Positions 12,001-22,900 of a stretch of DNA of 64,000 nucleotides are shown here, piece after piece (position 1 is the stretch's first letter; every line of letters starts with the position of its first letter). Origin of the DNA: Tubiluchus corallicola (Eukaryota > Animalia > Priapulida); contig JAQGDQ010000501.1 of the NCBI GenBank assembly GCA_030141605.1, positions 32,599-96,598 on the forward strand, in the 5' to 3' direction. The notes beneath the pieces were generated by a model. That model saw only the letters and a program-made list of their open reading frames with translations, was not told the origin of the DNA and searched no databases. The position numbers and the translations under genes were made by a program.

Positions 12001-12475
12001 CAAACCAATTTATGCAGGCACTTCAAAGCATTCATTAGTTTATTATTACAACAACACAACTTTTATTTAAAACTGTAATTTACAACTGATTGAAAAACAT
12101 GTGCAAATGATTCGATAGCAATCAGCTATCATCATCAGTGGTACACTGTAGTACCAATAGTGTACAACTGGTTTGTTGTTTGCACAGTGTACCACTGATG
12201 AGGGCAGCTGATTGTTTTAATATTTACTGCAACTGGGGAAGCAGAAACCCCAGACTTGAAAGAAACTTCAGTCATTAAGCATTGAAACGTGCATGGCACT
12301 ATCAAGCTGGTACACCCTTAAAACACAAGCTTGTTGACAGACTCTCATTGTCCTAGCCATGTTATTATAGCAGCGTCTTCAAGTTATTGTACTTTATTAA
12401 AACTACTGAATGTTGCCTAAATTGCCATAGGTAATTGTAGAAAACAACAATTTATTACACCAATGTAATGCAGAA

Positions 12476-12678
12476 TCTATATATTAATTCTACTGGTATG
12501 TTATATATATATAATATTCGAGGCTAGATATGGATAGATAGCCCGTTTAGCGGTGGGTGTAATAGGCACATTTAGAATTCGCGAGAGGGCCACGGCGAAT
12601 TGAGGACTATGTAGGATGTTCGCATATTTTTTATTATACGTGTATTTTTACGCAAAATTTTTGCGGGACCTTTGCTAG
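12476..12678 (+). mobile_element. Non-autonomous Helitron-like element (short copy)
   Basis: A|TCTATATATTAATT 5' end, subterminal hairpin CGCAAAA-TT-TTTGCG, CTAG|T 3' end and no TSD. Confidence 0.7.
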
Positions 12679-12815
12679 TGTATAATTAATCTAGTAGAAA
12701 CGCGTATAATTGTACTTTCAGACCACATTTAAGAACACCGATTTTTTTAACTTAAGGTTTAGGACGTAAATGCTAATTAATCAGGGAAAATTTTAATCTC
12801 GATTTTGCGTTTCAG

Positions 12816-13058
12816 GTAGTTGTCTTTACGCATGCTCAGCATGGCGGCTGCTACGGATACCGACCCAGTGCTTATTATGGATACATTCAGAAGAGTAATC
12901 CCAGCCACAGATCATACGTTTACTTCCAGCGACATACTATCCCGTATGAAGACTTGTACGATTCCACATACACTGATCATTACGTGTTCCATACATCTAC
13001 TTATTATACTTATCAAAGCTACGGCAAATACAGCAGTGGTGGTGGTGGATACCACTAA
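12816..13058 (+). CDS. Putative terminal exon of a small secreted Tyr/His/Gly/Ser-rich protein
   Basis: A TTTTGCGTTTCAG acceptor is followed by 80 open codons and TAA: VVVFTHAQHGGCYGYRPSAYYGYIQKSNPSHRSYVYFQRHTIPYEDLYDSTYTDHYVFHTSTYYTYQSYGKYSSGGGGYH (17 Tyr, 7 His). The first exon was not located. Confidence 0.6.
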   Translation, partial: VVVFTHAQHGGCYGYRPSAYYGYIQKSNPSHRSYVYFQRHTIPYEDLYDSTYTDHYVFHTSTYYTYQSYGKYSSGGGGYH

Positions 13059-13378
13059 GGCCTGCAGCATAGAAACGTGCGTTTTGCATAGTTTCTCACG
13101 AGTGTGAATTGGTGGTAGAAATTTAACCTGATAACTGGCCTATAAAGCACCTAGGCCTAGTTCATATATCATATGTGTAATGGGCCTAATAAGTAAATCA
13201 TAATGTGCTTGTTCTGCAAATAATAATTTGTATGTAAGCAACGCTCCTGAAAACATCGTTCATGCAATATAACTTATATAATAGGTATTAAATCAAAGCA
13301 ATGCGATCATAGTTATGGTAGCTTAAAGTCAGTTGCGATTAGCATCATTATTACTGTTATCTCATAAGTAGTATAACA

Positions 13379-13403
13379 TCTATACTCTTATATTAATATT
13401 CTT

Positions 13404-13441
<38 letters not shown>

Positions 13442-14194
13442 ATTCGAGGCTACAGCTTCGACGACGGCACCATTTGCGGCGATCTATATATCAAACAAAA
13501 GGTCTCGATCTAGTGTCGTCTCATTGGGGGTTTATTTTTCGAATCGGGCCCACCGCGAGGAACGGGGGGGCGAAAAACCTCTAAAAATGGCCATTTTTCG
13601 GCCGTTTTTTGCAAAAATTATACGCCTGAGATATAGAGAACGGGGATGGACCGAGGGGGGTGCTGGGTAAAGATAGATAGCCCGTTCAGCGATGGGTGTC
13701 ATAGGCCTATTTAGAATTCGCGAGAGGGCCACGGTGTCCCGTAACGGGCGTTTTCCCGGACCCAACTCGTGATTTTTTCGTAATTTTGACCAAACATCCT
13801 GCGGGAAAAACGTTCTGGCGGCGCCTGGTGGGACTCTCGGAAGGAGATATATAGCTCTTTAGAAAGAGGAAGAACGGGGCTACACGATGATGTGGGCTAT
13901 ATTTTAGGGCAGGTCCACCGAGAGGAGTACTGGCGAGTTAATTAGGAGTTCTATTTTCGGCAATTTTCGCTTAGAAAACTGTTGACGCAAAGACATTGTT
14001 GTGACGTCATCCATTGTACTCTACTCTGCTTATAACTTTAATTCAGCAAAAAGCTACAGGCTTTGCGTTAGTTAAACAAACAGTAGGCATGATGTTACGG
14101 GCTTTGTGTTATAAATGAAGACTAGGTAGGACGTTCGCGTATTATTGATTACACGTGTATTTATACGCAAAATCTTTTGCGAGGCCTTTGCTAT
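13379..14194 (+). mobile_element. Non-autonomous Helitron-like element (long copy of the same family); a further 3'-end-like motif ends at 14578
   Basis: 5' TCTATA..ATATTAAT..TGGT(AT)n AAGATTCGAGGCTAC shared with the 12476 and 25372 copies; 3' CGCAAAATCTTTTGCG hairpin followed by GCCTTTGCTA. Confidence 0.7.
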
Positions 14195-15095
14195 TTATTA
14201 TATTATAGCACATATTTTCAACTTTGTGAAAAATGTTTGGAATGGTTTTGTTGTAATGCTGTGCTGTTGGTGCTTGTGCTATAGGTGTCGTCATCATTGC
14301 CACCACCATCATCATCATCATCAACATCATGATCACCACGTGAGGTGGTGGATTTGATGTGGTGTGGTGGTGGTGTGCTTTGTGTGTTGTGCTATGGATG
14401 GTGTGGTGGGGTGATAGGGTGTATGGGGTGTAGTGTGGGTAGTGTGGTATGGAGTGGGTGGCATGGTGTGTGGGTGGAGTGGTATGGTGTGGTGCAGTGT
14501 GGTGTGATGAGGTGGAGTGGTGTGGTGTGGGTTGTGTGTTGATTTGTGCACAAAATTCTTTTTGTGGGGTTTGGCTAGTCGTATATTAATTTGCTAACAT
14601 AACGCAATTCTTTATGATTAAAAGTTGTATAACTTTAAACTTCCATTATAGCCTATATAAACGACACTGGTCATGATGCTGTCAAGTAACTATATGTCTT
14701 AAGGCTTAGAAAAACTCTTTTACCACAATTGTGTAGTAAAGTTTTATAATTCTGTTATCTTGCCTCTTTACTAAAAGGTATTATAGTGGTTATGTCATGT
14801 ATTTATCATTGTATATATTGTGTGAAATGTCTAATAATGACAAATTCTACTAAAAAGTTTACAAAAAAGATCCTAGGAACTAATTTATCAAATGTGTTAC
14901 TAGTATATATTTTTATGACAAAATTAACAAAAAGTTAATCTATGACGTCTTATTACTATCATCTTAACACATCGTTTTAATGACACAATTTAGCGTAATT
15001 GCTGTGTGGCAATTAGACCAGACACAGATAAAATATTGCACTACAAGAAGAAAAACTTGTACCACGCTCGACTGTCGAATGCTCATCAGTTTTAA

Positions 15096-16260
15096 AGTAC
15101 AAGAAAGCACTTTTTATAAATAAAGGTTGAACAATTCGTCTTGAAATTTTATACGACTTACATGCTCTATTATTGCTACAAAGGTTGCGTTAGCAGTAAC
15201 GTTAGCAGAAAATTTAAACTCCCGCGGTGACCGTTAGCCGCAGCTATCTTAACGGTAACAAGTTTAGATAACATTGGGTAAAGTTTGAAAACATTTGTAA
15301 CAAATTCTTGATTAACTAAGCAAACGTTTAAATTACTTTATATTCATGTCACTAAGATCAATAATATGTTTCTAATGAATCAGTGGGAGTGCTGTTTTAC
15401 CAATAGATGCACACATTTTAAATCGCTAAGACGTTTCTTTTCTAGTTACATAAGTCGTTCAGACAGGTAGGCGTTATGCAAAGTAACATAACTTTGTATG
15501 AAAACTTTTTTGAACACACTTTAAAAATCCCTTTCCATTCCTTAAAGCATTACATATCTACAACACTGCACCTCAGTTTCAATACTCAGCGTGTCTTCAC
15601 AAACAAAGTCAGTATGCATAATACATCTTGTCACTGTCTCTCAGTGGGAGTGCAGTTTTACCAATAGATGCACACATTTTAAATCGCTAAGACGTTTCTT
15701 TTCTAGTTACATAAGTCGTTCAGACAGGTAGGCGTTATGCAAAGTAATAAAACTTTGTATGAAAACTTTTTTGAACACACTATAAAAATCCGTTTCCATT
15801 CCTTAAAGCATTACATATCTACAACACTGCACCTCAGTTTCAATACTCAGCGTGTCTTCACAAACAAAGTCAGTATGCATAATACATCTTGTCACTGTCT
15901 CTCACCTGAACTGAGAATTTTGACGACAGTGTTGATGTTTTTTCATCTGAAGGCATATTTTGATTTCGTCATTTGTATTGCAACGAAGAAAGCAATTCAC
16001 ATTATGATTACTACATTTGTGGACTAGCGCAAAATTTGTACGGCGTACAATATGCAGTCACTTCTGAACCACCAGAAAGCATTTGCGAATCTTTGATGGG
16101 TGTTATTTGTAGACTTCTTGGAAGACAAACAACTTCCAGGAAATGCCCTTTTGTTTTTGCCTTAGTACCATATCATGTACTAAAAAGTTCGTTGTGGTAA
16201 TTTAAGAGCGATTTTGAGAGTTCTTTGAACAGAGAAAAAGTGGTGTTGAAAGGCACTGCA
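15096..16260. mobile_element. Diverged member of the TTAA-flanked (Kolobok-like) family with an internal 261-bp tandem duplication (~15381-15641 / ~15642-15902)
   Basis: Begins TTAA|AGTACAAGAAA and shares blocks (AATTCGTCTTGAAATTTTAT, ACAAGTTTAGATAACATT, CTAGTTACATAAGTC) with 39674-40803; the right end is uncertain. Confidence 0.55.
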
Positions 16261-16459
16261 GTTCACTAAAACACTCCCATTGAACTGAACAGGAATAGTG
16301 TAGTTCTAAATTCCATTTTGCAGACTTTTCTCTATGAATTCATGCTCATATAAATAGCGTATCAATACGCTTTTCGATTAATTGCACAATTATAAAGAAA
16401 ATCAGTAAACTTGATTACTCTATAATATTTTTTTCTAACACTCAGTTGAATTGAATTAT

Positions 16460-16881
16460 GAATTTATTCCACAGCAACTCAAACATACATATAAATTGAT
16501 AAAACATTGAAAAAAAAATAAACTATGCGAGTTACTGTGAGGAGGAGGAAGGAGCATTGAGCTTTTGAGTCCTCCTCCAGATAAGTGAAACAATTGACAA
16601 TTAACATTACATTTTCATCAGTTATAGCATACATTAGAACAAAATAAGTTTTGTTAGTAACTTAAGATCAGGATGAGTAAAATTGTGAGTTAATTATACC
16701 GTTGTAGTAGGTAATTCTTTGATGCTTTTTTAAATTGGTAGAGATTAAGAGTTTTCATTTCACGCGGAATTGATGACCATATTTTAATAGCATTATATTT
16801 TGATGACTGTTTCATTATATTTGTTTTTGGAAGGGGGAGTACATAGTTTTCGACTGAATATCTTGTGTAATGATCATATTG
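16460..16881 (-). mobile_element. CR1/L2-like LINE 3' fragment
   Basis: HYTRYS..YVLPLPKTNIMKQSSKYNAIKIWSSIP..LYQFKK..KNYLL is a typical ORF2 C-terminus, followed by a UTR with AATAAA. Confidence 0.65.
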
Positions 16882-16990
16882 ATTTGAAACAACATGATCA
16901 TTACGCAAGATATTCAGTCGAAAACTATGTACTCCCCCTTCCAAAAACAAATATAATGAAACAGTCATCAAAATATAATGCTATTAAAAT
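16781..16990. repeat. Near-perfect inverted repeat (~101-bp arms, ~8-nt loop)
   Basis: 16781-16881 is the reverse complement of 16890-16990 with 2 mismatches; the ORF track shows nearly the same peptide on both strands. Confidence 0.95.
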
Positions 16991-19900
16991 TTAGCAGCAA
17001 TTAGACTCATCAATCGAATATCTATCATGTAGAGGAAATCCCGTGAAACGAAAGATGCTTCGACGTGGTAGTATTTTTGCGGCATCTTGTTTTCGCTGTA
17101 ACCAGGGCATTTTCTGAGTGATATAATGATAAAAATGATAAAAAATATCATAATGATTTTTCATATTTAACCAACGTTGCACTGCAATTCGATGTGATAG
17201 CATTAATATGGTTCTTAACATGCAAAGCAAAATGACTATAGATATAAATATGAAAATAACAACGAACAGTGAGCCCAGTCCCCACTGTAAGGTCTCCAAG
17301 GCACAAAATTTGCCTGATCTGAAAATCATGCGTAATAAAGTTTGAAGAGTTTTAGCATACGTGCTAAAATCTTCTTGTATGTTTGCGGAAAGCAATGTAG
17401 TCAGTACCAGTACAAACGGCACTAAAAAAATAAATACTAGCAACCAAAAATGTAACATAGGTCGGAAGGATAGTGAAAAAGTTAGCCAGTAAACTGACAT
17501 ACTTTTGTTCAATAGTAACATGTGCCAAAGATAAATTGTTACGCTGATGACGAGTGTGCCCAATGTTATTGTAAACAAGTAATGCCAACTTACTACCTCG
17601 TAAAAGTTAACAAAACTAGACTGCTTCCCTTTAAAGTTCTTCTCTAAAAGTGTGTTAACTGCAATTGTTCTTCTGTAGAAAACTACTATACGAACAGCAG
17701 ACAAAATTACTATAGTTAATAGCACATAATTCCAATTGTTACGAAAATATTCAAACTTAATTACATTAAACTTCTTAACTTCCATACATATGAAAATAAT
17801 TAGTATAATTAAACAAATACCTTCAGTTACCATGACGTGTACATCTAAAAATGTGGCATATTTTGCCAAGTCCATGGTGGAGATGCTATAAAATGGAGTT
17901 ACTGTACCTAGACCAGTAAATTCTACTATCAAAATAACAATGCTAAACAAATTTGTGTTAGAATTAAATAAAGTAAGTTCAATCATTAAAGCGCGAGTGC
18001 GATCGTCTATCCACCTCGAGTTGATCAGTGATTCAATAATGGCTCTGTTTTCAGCAGTAGAATGAGTTAGTTCCACCAAATAACCGCCTCCACTGTATAA
18101 ATGAAATCTACCAGGGAATGCAGGAGTCCACAATGACAAACTAGACTGAAATGTCCAATGATCAGGAGGATAGCTGGGATATCGACTGTAGCTCCACCCA
18201 GGCCCGTAGGAGGTGGTATCTTCTCGGTGCCAATGGTATTCACCGGTGCACTTTCGACCATACGGTTCAAAAATTGAAATCACAGAACACTGGCCTGGTT
18301 TCACTCGTACCTGACGAAATCGGACAACTCCTATTAACCTCGTAACTAAATCAGCAGCGACTACAAATGGTACTGGTTGCCCGTTATAAAGACTCCCTGG
18401 CGTCAGACTTGGTAGCAAAGAGTTACTTACATAGTCCCATATACCCGGAACATCCGTTATTGCAGCGAACGTTGTATTTCCTTGATAGTAAGCTCCATTA
18501 ATCGCAAGATCCTTAACAGTTTTGGTTACCCAGAAAAAGCTTTTGTCACGAAAGTTAAAAACTAGGGTTGATAAAACTAAAGCGAAAAAGCTAAAAAGGA
18601 GAAGTTCGCTCATTATTTTATTGAAGTTCTGTTTTTGTAGAAGTTTTTCTCTGATAACAGCAATTTCACTTTCCTTTGGAGGTCTGTATTTATATCGTCG
18701 CTCTGTAATAATTCGATGTTTAACCAGCCAATCAGATTGCAGCCTGTTACTTTCTTCAACTTGCAATAGCTGTAATTCGGCCATTGCAGGTTCTATTTCA
18801 GGCGGATGGTTAAATATCAACGTTATCACTAGAGCCAATATTAGAACTTTTGCTGGCTGAGTTAAGCAAATGCTGGACATAACTGACACCAACATTGACA
18901 AGAGCCATTCGACACTTTTCTGATAGCCAAATTTCAAACCATAAAGCATGACTAAATAAGTACAAATCAATGAAATGCTAATAGTTAACAACCAAGCGAT
19001 ATACACAAACCACCATGGCAAAATCACGACTGGACTGCCATAGACGTCCTTCCCAGTGCAGAGAGAAAAGGGAAATGGTATCGATTTTATGTGATCGTCA
19101 GTGCTCATGGTAGAACTTGTACTCTGTGAGTCTATGCTGAAGTCGTCACTGTATTTATAAGCGATGTCTATGTTAGATTCCACTCTATTTTTTCGACTAA
19201 TATTTGTGGAATAAATGTAGGGATTTCTTTTCAGTGATATTACAGATTTTCTAGTCGAATGTCTGTTTTGATCTAGTGCAGGAACGCACTTTGGCAGAAT
19301 TTCTATAATTCTTCTTGCCTCCGCAATGTTGTGCTGTATTTCATTTAAGGTTTCAATTTCGATGTGACTAGTGTTATTTATCCACTTCAGCCAATCAGTT
19401 TCACTTCCAAACAAGACAACGTTTTCTTTCGCTGTTTCTTCAAAATTTCTTGAGAAATCGCTTTCAATTAAGCTCTCGTTTTCTGTATGATCACGATTTC
19501 TTCTAAAGCACCATCCAAAAGAAAAAGGCTTGAAATGATTGCCCGGATAAGGTTTTGCAGAGCGGAACATTTGAATAATAAGTATGTTGATTGGAAAAGT
19601 AATTAAGACACTTGCAACACCAACATAAATTTGAGTCCAAGATAACCGAATGTCCCCTACTATTATTTGAGTCTCAGGCTTATTGGTGGCTATCCCGTAA
19701 AACATAATGTTGGAAAGCATGGCAGTCAGCATCAATGACAAAGCACATGATAGCCTTTGAACTCTTGTAAAACTACTTCTAGGTGGTCTGTAAAACACAC
19801 TTGCCCACAAGTGGCCGTCTCTAAAGCCAAGCAAGGCTCTATAAGCAAAGATGTGAGTAAACCTCACGAGTTCATGTTTGAAGGCTGGGAAGAGCCTACA

Positions 19901-22900
19901 CTTCACAGTCTGTGGGCCACGATCAATAGCTAGCCAGTTATTGTAGGGAAAACACCAGACTGCATTTGTTTGTACGTCTTTTAAAATGACTAGTTTTAGA
20001 AACCAATTAGGATCATATCCAGAATTATCATGCCATATTTCGACAGCAGTAATTTCGCCAAGACATTGATGTGTAGTCATCAGAAACCAATCGTCAGCTC
20101 CGCTGTCAAATGTTGATCTGCCTTTATGGTAAAGCTTAATTGGCAAACTATTTCCATTTTTTCCTTCAATTAAAAATGTAACTTTAGCAGTTGTCCCTGC
20201 ACCTTGCCTCAATCCTGTGAACGTAATGATGAGGTATGGATATTTATCAATGGGATTATTGTCTTCCAGTACTGTCACACCTACCCGCGTCGTATCCTTT
20301 TGATCATTTATCCTTGCATAGATAAGCAAGGTCAAATACAACAACCACACAACCAGCATGAACACAATAATTACGGGATTGTCAAAAAATGTCGCAAACA
20401 GAACAACATCTTCAAGTGGATTAATCTCATTTGGTTTTACAACAATGGCTCCTGTAAACATGGTCATGTGATAGCATTTACAATGAATTCGACTTGGCGT
20501 TGTTAATGGGCCCACAAAACATCCCCCGTCCAACCAATTGTACAATGATATGTTCCAGTATAGACACTTTACTGAGTAAAAGCTGAGATTGAAGTCAACA
20601 CGTTGTATGGGTGGGTTAACAGTAGGAGTTAAATTTGCAACCACGTAGCAGGAAAATATTTTTTCGTTTTCTAATGGACTACCAGCCAGCCAAGTCATAC
20701 AGGGACAAGTAAACTCTAGCTGTTCATCCTTGACAACTATCTTTTCCAGGAGCCACCCTGCTCCTATTCCCTGGTTATTGTGCCAAACAGTAATTTTTTC
20801 CAATTTTCCAATTGACTGTGACTCTATTGTAAATTTTTCAACTGTAGCTCGTTTAAACGTTCTTTTAGAAAGCAGCAGCTCATTTGTAATTCTGCGATTA
20901 CCATGAAGTCTAAGATACACACGTGCCCTGGTACCACTATCCTTAATATCAGCTGTATGTAAAAACACAAAGTATGTCATATCTGGCTCCTGAAATGCAG
21001 GAGTTGCAGCTTCGTTTTGCTCTTCATTTGTTTTCCATGGAATATTAGCACAATTATCATTGTTCTTAATTACGTATTGCCTGCATACTTGATTAGCCAT
21101 TGAATAACAAGATGTGCGTAGGTTTTTGCAGGCTTTGACACAATTTTGTGTAACTTCTGCATCACATTTAGGCAGACATTGATAACATGTTGCATTACAA
21201 GAAACAAAACTTGTGTCACACTCGCCTGATGACTGTTCGTCACATTTCAGCATCATATATCTACAATGCTGTGCCTTGGTTTCAACAAGCAGTGTATCAA
21301 TACAAGCAGAGTCACTATTCCTAACACAACTTTTTACAGTTTCGCACTTGAATTGAGAACTCTGGCGACACCACTGATGCTTTTTCGTACAAATCTGAAG
21401 ACAAGTTTCAATTTCGAGAGATTTACTGCAATCATGAGAGCATTTCACATTATGTTTACTGCATTTGTAGTCTAGCACAGACAGACATTGTCTGTGCTGA
21501 GAATCACAATAACGAGATATATTTTTACAGTTTTCAACCCAATCATTATAGCATGCATACTTCTGCATGCAGTTATCTACACTGCAAATACTACTTGCAT
21601 TTACTTTGCACGTAGCTTCATGTAGGCTGCCATCACAATCGCTGTAGATCCCTGCCATGCACTCAACATTTTCTGACTTACATCTAAGAGATGGATGGAA
21701 GCACGAAGGCTCATAATAAGAGTCAAATAAAATGCCAGCGAAATACTTAATGGATACGTTCTGTTCATTATAGAAACTCACAATATTGTCAGCAAACTGT
21801 CTACTATAATAGCCTCCATTTATGGCAGGAATGTGAAAAACAGTGGAACCATCATTGAAGTTTTCAATCACAGGTCTTTTGCCTGTTTTGGTAACGACCT
21901 TTAATGCAACTCCGACAGGCATATCTTGAAAAGACATTATAGCTGTAGTATGAGCAGTAAGAACAAATGAGTGAACAGTTATGTACTTGTTGGACAAATG
22001 ATTTTCAAGTTTCACAAAAGATGATTTTGAGTACTTTGCATCAGCTGCAACATCCATGAAAAATTCTAAGGGCTCAGAAAGTTCATCAAATTCAGTTCTA
22101 GAATGCCTCAGCTGTCTGCCAATAGATAAACTTGCAATAGGAATGCTACTGTGAAGCGTCGACTCAAAAGGTGTGAATATATTTTGTTTTATGGACAAAA
22201 TCTCTAATTCTAGTTCATCTTCATGTTCTTGCATTTTTGAAAGGGCTGCGGCAGAAGGCAACTGAAAATGACCAAAACCATTTAACTGCAGTTTCGAACC
22301 TCCTAAATGACTAACCTTTTGCCGTGCTACTCTAAGCATTAATAGATTTGTCGTGAATGTAGTTGGTTCATCATATACAATTTTGTGATGTAAAATAGCT
22401 GATGATGCATTTTGAATGGTGTCAATTGATTTCAGAATTATATTTTTAACCTGTGTAATATTTTCGCGTTTGTGACGAAATGTATTTTGGAGTTCTCTTT
22501 TTGAAAGTTGTTTAAATTTGTCATCATTAGATGTGCTAGTTCGTTTAGTAGTTTCACCAAGAATAATGGATACCGCAAGCAGAAGAGCACTTGTAGTATC
22601 TTCTAAATCATTCACGTTTATATCTTCTGTGCTTTGTTTCATAAATGTTGCAATATCGTGAAACTTCGCAGTGATAGGTACTATGATTTCTGGACTTAGG
22701 TCGGCATCAGAAGTGATGACTTGGCTCATCATTGATGATAGGAATTTCATAACTTTGTGAGTGGACACAGGAACTTGAATAAGTTGATTTACCACCAACG
22801 TTTGGATCTCAGATTTCATCTCAGTAACTTTCTGTACAAATTCAGGGTCTTCTGTTTCATTTTGTTTTCTTATTTTACTTACTTCCTCCATTATAACTTT

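Noticed and set aside
16690-16994. Two near-identical ORFs on opposite strands as a gene pair
   Set aside because: Consequence of the inverted repeat of a LINE fragment.
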